From an uncultured Candidatus Saccharibacteria bacterium (GTDB lineage: Bacteria > Patescibacteriota > Minisyncoccia > Ryanbacterales > GWA2-47-10b), in the NCBI GenBank assembly GCA_964356915.1, contig CAYHJF010000002.1:19982-83981 (forward strand): a stretch of 64,000 nucleotides of DNA, given 5' to 3'. The position numbers and the translations under genes were made by a program. Numbering within the stretch: the stretch's first letter is position 1; every line of letters begins with the position of its first letter. This document shows positions 9,254-19,080 of this stretch, piece after piece. The notes beneath the pieces were generated by a model. The model did not search any database. It was given only the letters and a program-made list of their open reading frames with translations, and was not told the DNA's origin.

Positions 9254-10843
9254 ATGGCAAGCGCTTCATATCTTTTAAAAGGCGGTACGATCATCGATGG
9301 CTCAGGATTCCCCATGTACAAGGGTGATATTGTTATTGCAGGCGAAACCATTAAAGCAGTTGGTCCAACTCGATACTCAACCGCGAATCGCATCATTGAT
9401 GTTTCTGGAAAATATATTATGCCGGGTGGAATTGATATCACAAATCACTCGGATACGCACTGGACTCTCTTTACCGCGCCATCTCAAGAAAGTATGCTCC
9501 AACAGGGGATTACCACAATTATTGGTGGCGCATGCGGTTCTTCACTTGCTCCGCTTCCAAACATCAACGCAATACGCGGCATCCAAAAATGGGTTGATGT
9601 CTCAACGATCAATGTCAACTGGCGCTCACAGGAAGAATTTTTTACTGAACTTTCAAAACATGGCCTTGGAGTAAATTTCGGTACTTTTGTAGGGCACGGA
9701 ACTCTACGTCGCGGTGTCGTCGGTGATGAATCGCGTCAACTTACAAAAGAAGAACTAGATTCAATGAAGCTTTTATTGCGTCGCTCTCTTGATGAGGGTG
9801 CTATGGGTCTATCGATTGGACTTGCGACAAGTCATGGGAGTTTTGTCCCGCAGGAAGAATTAATCGAACTCGCAAAAGTAGTGCGTGATACAGGGAAAAT
9901 TATCAGTATTCATATGCGTAATGAAGGACGTAAAATTCTTACCTCGGTTGTAGAGGTTATCAATATTGCCCGTTCATCAAATGCGGACGTGCAAATCGCC
10001 CACATGAAAGCAATTGGACGCAAAGGTTGGGAAGATATGAAAAAGGCGCTTCAGATTATCCGTAAGGCGCGTAAAGCTGAAAATCTTTCTATATGGGTTG
10101 ATTTCTTTCCATACCTACGAACTGGCTCTTTGCTCTATACACTATTACCTGAATGGCTCCGCGAGGGAGGTAAGGAAAAAATTCTCGAAACACTCACGAA
10201 CAAAGAACGTCGCCGTGAAGTAATCGAGGGTATCACGAGCCTCACGCTCCATTACGATCATATGACTATTGCGGAAGCTCAAAAAGATAAAAAATCTGTA
10301 GGCAAGACCATCGCGCAACTTGCTCAAGAGTCAGGGTTGCAGCCCGAAGAAGTAATCGTAGAGATTTTGATCGTCAACGGTCTCGGTGTAACGATTTTTG
10401 GTAAGACGCTAAATGGAAAAAATATCGCGATGATCGCCAAAGAAGATTACAGTATGCTCGGATCAGATGGAGTGGGGGAAGGCTCTGAAACAAAACTACG
10501 CAAAGGAGACCTAACGCACCCTCGTTCATACGGCGCTCTTCCGCGCTTTCTCAATCGTGCGGTTACATACGGAAATCTACTGTCATGGGAAGACGCAATT
10601 AAGAAATGTACTTCCATCCCGGCCGCTCGCCTTGGCATGCAAGATTCACGCGGTACACTAAAAAAAGGATACTTCGCAGACGTGGTAGTATTTAGTCCAG
10701 AAGATATTAAAGATACGGCGACTTACTCATCTCCGTATCAACGCCCGAAAGGTATAGATTATGTATTTGTAAATGGACGTCTCACAATCGAAAAAGGAAC
10801 ATTTACGGGAGCTCTTGCGGGAAAAATTCTCCGTCGAGGATAA
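9254..10843 (+). CDS. Amidohydrolase, N-acyl-D-amino-acid deacylase-like
   Basis: D-aminoacylase-like N-terminal pattern (GGTIIDGSG...IMPGGIDITNHSD) and C-terminal ADVVVFSPEDI...VFVNG. The first metal-binding HxH is replaced by TNH. Confidence 0.6.
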   Translation: MASASYLLKGGTIIDGSGFPMYKGDIVIAGETIKAVGPTRYSTANRIIDVSGKYIMPGGIDITNHSDTHWTLFTAPSQESMLQQGITTIIGGACGSSLAPLPNINAIRGIQKWVDVSTINVNWRSQEEFFTELSKHGLGVNFGTFVGHGTLRRGVVGDESRQLTKEELDSMKLLLRRSLDEGAMGLSIGLATSHGSFVPQEELIELAKVVRDTGKIISIHMRNEGRKILTSVVEVINIARSSNADVQIAHMKAIGRKGWEDMKKALQIIRKARKAENLSIWVDFFPYLRTGSLLYTLLPEWLREGGKEKILETLTNKERRREVIEGITSLTLHYDHMTIAEAQKDKKSVGKTIAQLAQESGLQPEEVIVEILIVNGLGVTIFGKTLNGKNIAMIAKEDYSMLGSDGVGEGSETKLRKGDLTHPRSYGALPRFLNRAVTYGNLLSWEDAIKKCTSIPAARLGMQDSRGTLKKGYFADVVVFSPEDIKDTATYSSPYQRPKGIDYVFVNGRLTIEKGTFTGALAGKILRRG

Positions 10844-12119
10844 TGCGGAAATTTTAATTCTTGGGCTTGGCATGCAAGGTGGCGGCGTAGGAGCTGCCCG
10901 CTTTTTTGCGCAACTTGGCTATCGAGTCATTGCAACGGATCTCCGTGATAAAAAGGCACTTACATCATCCCTAAAAACACTTTCAGCTTACCCGATTACA
11001 TTTGTACTTGGAGAGCATCGTTTTGCCGATATTGATCGCGCCTCTCTCATCGTAAAAAACCCCGGCATCCCGGCGCATTCTCCCTTTTTGGAATACGCTC
11101 GAAAACATAAAAAAAGAATAACAAATGACGCGGATCTTTTTTTATCACTTGCCCCTCATGAGCGCATCATCGGCGTAACTGGCACAAAGGGCAAAACGAC
11201 AACAACGATGCTTATCAAACATCTTCTAGGTCCTTCCGCACTTCTTGTTGGTACACCGGGAGTTTCATTCTTTGATTATTTTTTCGCACGTCGAGAACCT
11301 CGATGGATTGTTGGAGAATTTTCAAGCTTTGATCTTGAGTATATACATCAAGGACCGCATATGAGCGTCTACACATCTTTATTCTCCGATCATTTAAATC
11401 GCTACTCTTCTTTTGCTGCATACGCTCGAGCAAAATCAAATCTTTTCCGATATCAATCATCCAATGATCACGCAGTTCTCTTTCGTTCTACGCTCATTAA
11501 GCGTCACTTACCACGCCTTCGAGCACAAATATCGTGGGTAGGGGAGAATGACATCCCTCAAGCAGCGAAGCTCGCTTCTTGGCGTATCGCACGTCCAGCA
11601 ATAGCACTTGCTACGCATGTTGCTCGTACGCTCAACGTTTCTCCGACTCTTATTGCGCGCCGTCTTCGTTCATTTGAAGCACCTCATGGGCGACTTGAGA
11701 TCGTTAGAAAAACAAAAGACATGATATTTATAAACGATACGACGTCTACAAATCCGGGAGCGGCCTGCTATTCGCTACGACGACTTTATGAACAATTTCA
11801 TGAAAAGATGCCACTCACAATCATCGCTGGAGGGGATGATAAATCGCTTCCCGAAAAAGAGATTAAAGAATACGCGATGCTCCTCAAAAAATATCGCGTG
11901 CACGTTCTCTTATTACCCGGGCCCATGACTGACAAACTAAAGCGACATCTTCCACCAAAAACTCCCATCGTTCACTCATTTAACGAAGCAGTAGCTTGGT
12001 TTTTGATACATCAAGGTGTACTCGCACTCATTCCTGGAGCCGCAAGTTTTAATATGTTTTTAAATGAATTTGATCGCGCGGAACATTTTATTCGTGCCGT
12101 AAAGAAACAGCGCGTATGA
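10773..12119 (+). CDS. murD: UDP-N-acetylmuramoylalanine--D-glutamate ligase
   Basis: Rossmann N-terminus ILILGLGMQGGGVGAA. P-loop GVTGTKGKTTTT. The true start is uncertain: the ATG at 10773 overlaps the upstream gene by 70 nt, and no in-frame ATG or GTG lies between the upstream stop and the Gly-rich loop. Confidence 0.8.
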   Translation: MDVSQSKKEHLRELLREKFSVEDNAEILILGLGMQGGGVGAARFFAQLGYRVIATDLRDKKALTSSLKTLSAYPITFVLGEHRFADIDRASLIVKNPGIPAHSPFLEYARKHKKRITNDADLFLSLAPHERIIGVTGTKGKTTTTMLIKHLLGPSALLVGTPGVSFFDYFFARREPRWIVGEFSSFDLEYIHQGPHMSVYTSLFSDHLNRYSSFAAYARAKSNLFRYQSSNDHAVLFRSTLIKRHLPRLRAQISWVGENDIPQAAKLASWRIARPAIALATHVARTLNVSPTLIARRLRSFEAPHGRLEIVRKTKDMIFINDTTSTNPGAACYSLRRLYEQFHEKMPLTIIAGGDDKSLPEKEIKEYAMLLKKYRVHVLLLPGPMTDKLKRHLPPKTPIVHSFNEAVAWFLIHQGVLALIPGAASFNMFLNEFDRAEHFIRAVKKQRV

Positions 12120-13216
12120 AAGCCTTAAGAAAAACAAAATCAATCGACCGTCCTTTGCTCGTCATCATTATCGCACTACTCTTAACAGGTCTTGCGGTAC
12201 TTGCATCAGCATCTTTTTCTTTAGGAGAACGACGCTTTGGTAATCCATATCATTTTTTATATCGACAGATACTCTATGGCGTTATTCCTGGGATTATCTT
12301 ATTTCTTATCGCTCTTCGAGTGCCGACTGCGCGATATCGAGCTCATGCAACAACGCTCCTCATCTCAAGCCTCATACTCCTCGCTTTTGTATTTATCCCT
12401 GGCGTTGGCATTACTATCGGCGGGGCTCATCGATGGATAGGCATTGGATCATTTTCATTCCAACCCTCGGAGATTTTAAAATTTACATTTATTGTGTATT
12501 TGGCAGCATGGCTTGTCGCACGAAAAAAAGAAATCGGTGGATTATGGAGTGGATTCTTTCCATTTCTTATCGTAACGTTTATCGGCACAATCGCACTGGT
12601 GCTCGAACCAGATATTGGAACTCTTGGCGTCTTTGCACTGACTGCACTCATACTTTTTTATCTTGGTGGAGGACGAGCTGCACAAATTTCCGCACTCATT
12701 GGACTTGGTATTTTAGGACTCTGCATTCTTATTTATCTTGAACCATACCGAAAAGATCGTTTATTTATATTTCTTAACCCTGGCTCAGAGTCTCAAGGTA
12801 TCGGATATCAAATCTATCAAGCCCTTGTCGCAATCGGATCAGGAGGATTTTTTGGTCGCGGATGGGGATTGTCACGACAAAAATTCCAATACTTACCTGA
12901 ACCGGCAGGGGATGCCATCTTTGCAATTTTTGCTGAAGAGCTTGGGTTTATTGGTTCTTTCATTCTTCTCGCTCTCTTTGTCGCCTTTTTTGTACGTGGT
13001 ATGATGATTGCAGCACGAGTGCGTGATTTTTTCGCGCGCTACGTAGCAGCAGGCATTACCGCACTCATTACCGTGGAAGTACTCATTAATATCGCCGCAA
13101 TCTCAGGCCTTTTACCACTTACGGGCATCCCATTGCCATTTCTGAGCTATGGAGGAACGGCTTTAGCGCTTTTACTGTTTGAAATGGGCGTGTTGCTCGC
13201 GATCTCTCGGGAATAA
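12116..13216 (+). CDS. ftsW: SEDS-family peptidoglycan polymerase/lipid II flippase FtsW/RodA
   Basis: Ten-TM protein sitting between murD and murG. Confidence 0.85.
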   Translation: MKALRKTKSIDRPLLVIIIALLLTGLAVLASASFSLGERRFGNPYHFLYRQILYGVIPGIILFLIALRVPTARYRAHATTLLISSLILLAFVFIPGVGITIGGAHRWIGIGSFSFQPSEILKFTFIVYLAAWLVARKKEIGGLWSGFFPFLIVTFIGTIALVLEPDIGTLGVFALTALILFYLGGGRAAQISALIGLGILGLCILIYLEPYRKDRLFIFLNPGSESQGIGYQIYQALVAIGSGGFFGRGWGLSRQKFQYLPEPAGDAIFAIFAEELGFIGSFILLALFVAFFVRGMMIAARVRDFFARYVAAGITALITVEVLINIAAISGLLPLTGIPLPFLSYGGTALALLLFEMGVLLAISRE

Positions 13217-13220
13217 CTTT

Positions 13221-14345
13221 ATGAAAATTATACTTTTGGGCGGTGGATCAGGCGGGCACTTTTACCCCCTCATGGCGGTAGCGCGTGCTTTGCATAATAT
13301 CGCGGAAGACGAGCGCATTGTGACGCTTGATCTTACCTACATGGGAGATCGTGTCATCGATCAAGAACTTTTAGACGCGGAAGATATTCGATTTGAACGA
13401 ATTAGCGCTGGCAAAATTAGAAATTATTTTTCGATTCTAAATATTGTCGATCCCTTTAAGACCGCGTGGGGAATCATTACTACACTATGGAAATTTACAT
13501 GGAACCCACCGGACGTTATTTTTTCAAAAGGAGGATATGCGGCATTCCCTGCACTCTTTGTCGCGCGCCTCTACTCAATCCCGGTTGTCATTCATGAATC
13601 AGACTCTGTCCCTGGTAAAACAAATGTATGGGCAGGTAAATTTGCAAAACGTATTGGTGTTGCTTTTCCTGAAGCAGCGGGAGTATTTCCAGCAGATAAA
13701 GTAGCTCTTGTAGGCAATCCTATTCGAAAAGAAATCATCGGAGGGTCTTCCGATGAAGCATACGACATGTTTACCCTTGAGAGTGGTATCCCTGTTGTAC
13801 TTATACTTGGTGGCTCTCAAGGAGCAGAGAAAATTAATGAGATTATACTTGAGGCCCTACCTGATCTCGTTACTCACGTACAAGTCATCCATCAAACGGG
13901 CTCAAAAAATGCCTTAACAGTCGCGTCAGAAGCTCATGTAGTTCTTGAAAAGTCTCCTCACATTCGACGCTACCACTCATATGGTTTTTTAAATCAATCG
14001 CAACTCCGTAATGCATCCTTTGCTGCAACAGTTGCCGTCTCTCGAGCCGGGAGCGGAAGTATCTTTGAACTTGCTGCTTGGGGTATTCCTTCGATTTTAA
14101 TTCCACTTCCACTCGCAGCCCAAGACCATCAAAGAGAAAACGCATACAACTATGCTCGCGAAGGAGCAGCTGAGGTACTAGAAGAAACTAATCTCACACC
14201 ACACGTACTCATTGCTGAAATTTTAAAAATTGCGGAAGACAAAGAGCGACAAACGCGAATGCGAGCTGCTGCACGTACCTTTGCTCGTGTAGATGCAGCA
14301 GAAAAAATTGCACGAGAAATCTTAGCACTAGGAGTACATGAATAA
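13221..14345 (+). CDS. murG: UDP-GlcNAc--MurNAc-pentapeptide-undecaprenol GlcNAc transferase
   Basis: N-terminus MKIILLGGGSGGHFYPLMAVARAL is the MurG G-loop. Start set at the internal Met at 13221. Confidence 0.85.
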   Translation: MKIILLGGGSGGHFYPLMAVARALHNIAEDERIVTLDLTYMGDRVIDQELLDAEDIRFERISAGKIRNYFSILNIVDPFKTAWGIITTLWKFTWNPPDVIFSKGGYAAFPALFVARLYSIPVVIHESDSVPGKTNVWAGKFAKRIGVAFPEAAGVFPADKVALVGNPIRKEIIGGSSDEAYDMFTLESGIPVVLILGGSQGAEKINEIILEALPDLVTHVQVIHQTGSKNALTVASEAHVVLEKSPHIRRYHSYGFLNQSQLRNASFAATVAVSRAGSGSIFELAAWGIPSILIPLPLAAQDHQRENAYNYAREGAAEVLEETNLTPHVLIAEILKIAEDKERQTRMRAAARTFARVDAAEKIAREILALGVHE

Positions 14346-15714
14346 CGCGGTGCGTGTTCGTATGGCTCCGTCACCAACGGGATACTTGCATATTGGCACT
14401 GCAAGAACGGCATTATTTAACTGGCTTTTTGCTCGTCATCACGGCGGGACATTTATTCTTCGCGTCGAAGATACCGATAAAGAGCGTTCAAAAAAAGAAT
14501 TCGAAGATGATATCATACGAGGCTTTGAATGGCTTGGACTTACGTACGATGAATTCCATCGCCAGAGTGAACGTGCATCAGAACATCGAATACTTCTTGA
14601 AAAGCTCCTTGATTCCAAGCTTGCGTTTTACTGCGCTCACACAAAAGAAGAGCTTGAGCATGAATCAAAAGAACAGATGACTCACAAGCAACCTCCGCGA
14701 CATATTTGTGCTCATCGCGACAATAGTCAAAACACTGGGATTCTCCGTCTCCGCAACGACACAACAGAACCAATTATCGTTCGCGACATTATCCGTGGAG
14801 ATGTTTCATTTGACCCGCAGCTCTTAGGCGACATTTCTCTTGCCAAAGGACTTGATGAACCACTCTATAATTTTGTTGTAGTCGCTGATGATGCGTTTAT
14901 GAACATCACACACGTTATCCGAGGTGAAGATCATATTTCAAATACACCAAAACAAATCCTTATCGGTCGAGCACTTTCTGTACCAGAGCCGCAATGGGCA
15001 CACATCCCACTTTTGTTGGGTGCGGATCGCTCAAAATTATCAAAACGCCATGGCGCCGTTTCAGTCTCTGAATACAGGAAGGATTATCTACCTGAAGCAT
15101 TCTTAAATTTCATTGCATTACTGGGATGGCATCCTCACGACGAACTGGGTGAGATACTAAATCGTGAGATACTTATCAAAGAGTTTTCTCTCGAGCGCGT
15201 TCAAAAAGGTGGAGCGATTGTATCGACAGAAAAACTTGATTGGTTCAATAAAGAATATTTGCGCCGATTACCTCTCGAGACATTTTCTCACTACGCAGGA
15301 CCTGCTCCTGAAGGGGTAGGGGAGACGCAATATAATCTCCTCTTAGAAGGCACGAAAAACCGAGTCACAAGACTTGGCGAAATTTCTGAGATGTTCCATG
15401 ACACACTCGTTCAGACGTCTTACAAAAAAGAGCTATTATTATGGAATGGAAAACTTGAAGAGATGGCTGTGCGTGAAACTATTGACTCAATATATAAAAT
15501 ATTGTTTAATATTGAACCTGTTTATTTTACACCTAAAGATCTAACCAGCTCTCTAGAGCCACTCCTAGAGAAACATGGCAAGGGGGCTGTTTTATGGCCT
15601 CTAAGAGCCTCTTTATCAGGGAAAGAAGCCTCGCTTGGACCCTTTGAATTACTCAGTATTTTAGGCAAAACAGAAGCCCTCGCACGTCTTGAGCATGCTC
15701 TGTCTCTCTTCTAA
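14338..15714 (+). CDS. gltX: Glutamyl-tRNA synthetase
   Basis: Class I HIGH region PSPTGYLHIGTARTALFNWLFAR and a KLSKR KMSKS motif. Confidence 0.9.
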   Translation: MNNAVRVRMAPSPTGYLHIGTARTALFNWLFARHHGGTFILRVEDTDKERSKKEFEDDIIRGFEWLGLTYDEFHRQSERASEHRILLEKLLDSKLAFYCAHTKEELEHESKEQMTHKQPPRHICAHRDNSQNTGILRLRNDTTEPIIVRDIIRGDVSFDPQLLGDISLAKGLDEPLYNFVVVADDAFMNITHVIRGEDHISNTPKQILIGRALSVPEPQWAHIPLLLGADRSKLSKRHGAVSVSEYRKDYLPEAFLNFIALLGWHPHDELGEILNREILIKEFSLERVQKGGAIVSTEKLDWFNKEYLRRLPLETFSHYAGPAPEGVGETQYNLLLEGTKNRVTRLGEISEMFHDTLVQTSYKKELLLWNGKLEEMAVRETIDSIYKILFNIEPVYFTPKDLTSSLEPLLEKHGKGAVLWPLRASLSGKEASLGPFELLSILGKTEALARLEHALSLF

Positions 15715-16962
15715 ATGAAACGAATCGTTACTATTATTGTAGGACTCTGTGTTATATTTTTTAGCTTTTCTGCTGCACGTGCGGCTACCGTAGAAAATCT
15801 CAAAAAACAAATCGAGGAACGCGAGTCTCAGATAAAAAAACTCGAAGCAGAAATCGTAGCATACCAAAAATCTCTTGAAACTCAGAGCGGTGTATCATCA
15901 ACACTAAAGGGTGAAATTGCGCGTGTTGAATCTGAAATTAAAAAGCTCGCTTCCGAGGTACGCCTGACGGAAACAAAAATACAAAAAACAGAATTTACCA
16001 TTCAAAGCTTGAGCGGATCGATTGAAGAGAGTCAGCAAACTATTCGAGAAAATCAAAAATCTCTTGCAGAACTCGTACGAAAAATTCGCGATACGGACGG
16101 GGAGTCTCTTATGGAAATTTTGCTCCTTGAGCGCTCCATCTCTGATTTTTTTGACAACGTAGAATCACTCGGAACAGTCAACGAAGGGCTCCAAGGCACC
16201 ATTGATGCTATTCGAATTCATAAAAAGAGTCTCGAAGACGAACGTTTAAAAAAATCAGCGGAAGAACGTAATCTTGAACTTTTGCGCGATGATCTCGTCG
16301 GACGTAAATCAGCAACGCAATCAGTCAACAGTACAAAGAAACAACTTCTTCAAGACAGCAAAAACCAAGAAAGCCGCTATCAAAAGATGCTCAAAGAGCG
16401 CGAGCAACAACGCGCGCTCATCCAGAAAGAAATGGAAACTATCGAAAATGACTTAAAAGCACTCATCGATCAATCTTCAATTCCTAAAAAAGGATCGGGC
16501 GTTCTTGGGTGGCCCGTACCAGAGCCGCTCGTTACTCAACAATTTGGCTTTACCGAATTTGCTACTACATACGGCTCTGACGTATATCGAGGAAATGGGC
16601 ATAACGGCATTGATTTACGTGCGCCTATTGGCACGCGCATTTTAAGCGCCGCTGATGGTATCATAAAAGATTTTGGAAACGCTGACACACTTTGTCCTGG
16701 TGGCTCATACGGCAAGTGGATTCTTATTGAACACCCAAACGGTCTCTCGACACTTTATGCGCATCTTTCATCCATTGATGTAACGCGCGGACAAACTGTA
16801 TCGCGAGGCCAACGGGTTGGATTTTCTGGTAACACAGGCTATGTGACTGGCCCGCACCTGCATTTTACTGTCTACGCATCAAATACCTACCAACTCCGTA
16901 AAACACGAAACTGTGGCTATCTACCAGTTGGAGGCTATCTAAACCCCATTGATTATCTATAA
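15715..16962 (+). CDS. M23-family metallopeptidase with N-terminal coiled coil (EnvC-like)
   Basis: Signal peptide, long heptad-rich region, C-terminal M23 motifs GHNGIDLRAPIGTRILSAADG and HLHF. Confidence 0.8.
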   Translation: MKRIVTIIVGLCVIFFSFSAARAATVENLKKQIEERESQIKKLEAEIVAYQKSLETQSGVSSTLKGEIARVESEIKKLASEVRLTETKIQKTEFTIQSLSGSIEESQQTIRENQKSLAELVRKIRDTDGESLMEILLLERSISDFFDNVESLGTVNEGLQGTIDAIRIHKKSLEDERLKKSAEERNLELLRDDLVGRKSATQSVNSTKKQLLQDSKNQESRYQKMLKEREQQRALIQKEMETIENDLKALIDQSSIPKKGSGVLGWPVPEPLVTQQFGFTEFATTYGSDVYRGNGHNGIDLRAPIGTRILSAADGIIKDFGNADTLCPGGSYGKWILIEHPNGLSTLYAHLSSIDVTRGQTVSRGQRVGFSGNTGYVTGPHLHFTVYASNTYQLRKTRNCGYLPVGGYLNPIDYL

Positions 16963-17191
16963 TAAATCCATGGAACGAGGCTTCGTTCAACTTATTGTTA
17001 TTATCTTGCTCGCAATCGTCATCTTAAGCTTGCTTGGAGTGCAACTTTCAAAGCTGACAGATAACCCAACGTTGCGCGACAACTTGTCATTTGTCTGGCG
17101 TTGGCTTATCTGGATATGGGAAAAAATCGGACCAGCAACCGTGACGAACATAAAAAATGCCTTTCAATCAATTCGATCGTTAGCTTCTTAG
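16949..17191 (+). CDS. Small membrane protein, hypothetical
   Basis: 80-aa ORF with one strong TM helix, in-line after the M23 gene. Confidence 0.3.
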   Translation: MIIYNKSMERGFVQLIVIILLAIVILSLLGVQLSKLTDNPTLRDNLSFVWRWLIWIWEKIGPATVTNIKNAFQSIRSLAS

Positions 17192-17197
17192 TTCTAT

Positions 17198-17457
17198 AAA
17201 AATTACTTACTCTTGCCTGAGGGCCGTTTGACTATCCGTAGTACGAAATGCTTCTTAAGAAATGGAGACGCGTACGTACAAAGCCCGCGGTTAGGGGCAG
17301 ATATGTCCTAGGGTCTTTTCTCGAGCATTATATAAAGTCGACTCTAAGTAAGGCCGACAGATGTTCGATAAAAAGGCTATTTAATTGTTTAAGCTTTTAT
17401 CGACGACACATCCGACGGATAGGACGGCCCTCAGGCAAGAATATTAAAAAATTACTT
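17198..17457. mobile_element. MITE-like non-autonomous element
   Basis: Perfect 16-bp terminal inverted repeat: tcttgcctgagggccg at 17211-17226 and its reverse complement at 17425-17440, extendable with mismatches to ~30 bp. The 11-bp direct repeat aaaaattactt occurs at 17198-17208 and 17447-17457, offset 2 and 6 nt from the repeat ends. The ~200-bp core has no convincing ORF. Confidence 0.4.
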
Positions 17458-17852
17458 TCTAACTCCATTGATAGTACGAACAGAGAAGTCCGCAAGCGTC
17501 ATCACACGGTTTTCGTGTCTAAAGCGTGGAAAAGATGTTGAAAAGGTATGGATAATATCTGTATAAGTAAAAAATAAATTTAATGCGAGGGGAGACCTAC
17601 ACAAACGTCTTGTTTAGATACAGGTCGCAAAATCTATGTTGTGCGACGTTAGAGGATATTATTTAATCCCACATAAAGTGGGCTTCCCTCTCTCGAACGT
17701 ATCAAAAATTAAGTTCGCAGTGCATCAGTCTCAAAAACAATCTTGATCCTGGTGTCACCTATTCTGTTGTCAATGTGCTTGGGGCTTCGGGAGCCTTACC
17801 CATACGATAGACCGTTTGTAAATTTTTGTAAAGTGGGTAAGTGGATAAACTA

Positions 17853-18035
17853 CTAGGGAAGCCTCCCCTGCCCTTCAGTCCTCATAAGCTCGGCTACCCA
17901 TGTGTGGCTTTTTCTTATACCCAATTTTTTAAGCAATAGAGAAACCGCCCGGGTTGAAAAACCCTGTTCGTAGAGTGCGACAGCCTTTCTCTTTTCGTCG
18001 TCTTTTTTCTTTTGTTGATACTGGGATAACTTCAT
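17853..18035 (-). CDS. Small HTH protein downstream of integrase (possible excisionase/regulator)
   Basis: 60-aa ORF from the internal Met of the 150-aa track ORF. The helix-turn-helix-like segment RKAVALYEQGFSTRAVSLLLKKLGI lies wholly outside the integrase CDS. Confidence 0.3.
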   Translation of the reverse strand: MKLSQYQQKKKDDEKRKAVALYEQGFSTRAVSLLLKKLGIRKSHTWVAELMRTEGQGRLP

Positions 18036-18093
18036 AAGCGAACCGATCCATCGTCGCCTTATAAGTCTATCGGCCCATGTATGCTTTTGGCAA

Positions 18094-19080
18094 TCAGGCG
18101 TGCTCAACTTCTGGCATGGACGCCATGAGTGGAGGCAGCACGATAGCTTCTTGACGCTCCTTGAGTCCTCCCTTTCGTTTGTCGCCGACCTTATCGTGAT
18201 ACTCGCGTTCGACTGCATGGTTGCGAACGTTGTAGTAGATTTGCGAACTTGCGAGATGAGCGTGTCCCATGTGTGCCTGGAGGTAGGGCGGATACATTTC
18301 AGCATCGACTGCCCTCATTCCCCATCCGTGCCGGAACCCGTGAGGCTTGATGAGCGTCGGATCGAGACCGGCTTTTCTACAGTATTGTTTTAGGATACGT
18401 TCTACTGCCCGAGTCGTCAGTCGTTTGCCGTGCATGATACTGATGAAGAGAGCTTCGTCTCCGGTGTAGCAGTGCCGGATATCGAGATAAGTTAAGAGAG
18501 CTTTGTGCGTCTCTCGCGTCCAGAACACCTGGCGATGTTTTACTGAGTCTCGTCTTTTTCTAGTTATCACCACTGCGGCTTGCTCTGCTTCTTTGACGCT
18601 TGAGACGTCTAGACTAGTGAGTTCAGATACTCGCATGCCGGTGTCGTAAAGAATTCGGAAGAGGCAAGCGTCACGCGCGAGCAAGAAGCCCTGCGATCCA
18701 TTTATTGCACCTAGCAGATCTCTAAATTCTTCAGGTGTTACCGGCTTATGCGATTTTGCCATGATTCCCTTTTTAACCGGAATCACTCCCCATAAGAATG
18801 GGAGTCTGACCTTGAGTTCGCGCTCAAAACCTGCAAGTGTTTTCCACATCTGTCGCAGCGCGATCATTGAGAGATTAATTGTGTTGTCTGCGACCTGTCG
18901 TTTTTCGAGATGGCGACAGTATCCAATAACGTCTTCAATCACTTTTATCTTTTCGACATCTTTGTTTTCGATGAATCTTTCAAACCGTCTCAGGTGGTCA
19001 ATGTACAATTCGAGCGTTCGTGTTGAGTAATGCCTCTGTCCCCATTCGAGATACTTGTCTACTGCTTTATTGAATTTCAT
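18094..19080 (-). CDS. int: Tyrosine-type site-specific integrase
   Basis: C-terminal catalytic region with R...HGFRHGWG...HLASSQIYY (R-H-R-Y tetrad pattern). Confidence 0.9.
   Translation of the reverse strand: MKFNKAVDKYLEWGQRHYSTRTLELYIDHLRRFERFIENKDVEKIKVIEDVIGYCRHLEKRQVADNTINLSMIALRQMWKTLAGFERELKVRLPFLWGVIPVKKGIMAKSHKPVTPEEFRDLLGAINGSQGFLLARDACLFRILYDTGMRVSELTSLDVSSVKEAEQAAVVITRKRRDSVKHRQVFWTRETHKALLTYLDIRHCYTGDEALFISIMHGKRLTTRAVERILKQYCRKAGLDPTLIKPHGFRHGWGMRAVDAEMYPPYLQAHMGHAHLASSQIYYNVRNHAVEREYHDKVGDKRKGGLKERQEAIVLPPLMASMPEVEHA

Noticed and set aside
17211-17440. Considered RNase P RNA or tmRNA because of the long closing stem and the aagtccg-like segment nearby.
   Set aside because: The enclosed region is ~200 nt, too short for RNase P. 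No tRNA-like 3' domain or GGUUCGAAUCC-type T-loop was found. Flanking direct repeats favour a transposable element.
17248-17541. 97-aa ORF inside the MITE-like element.
   Set aside because: It is Arg/Lys-rich with no start context, and it crosses the terminal inverted repeat. It is probably a non-coding interior.
17853-18305. 150-aa minus-strand ORF overlapping the integrase 3' end.
   Set aside because: The N-terminal 90 aa overlap the integrase in another frame. Only the distal 60-aa HTH part was kept, as a low-confidence ORF.
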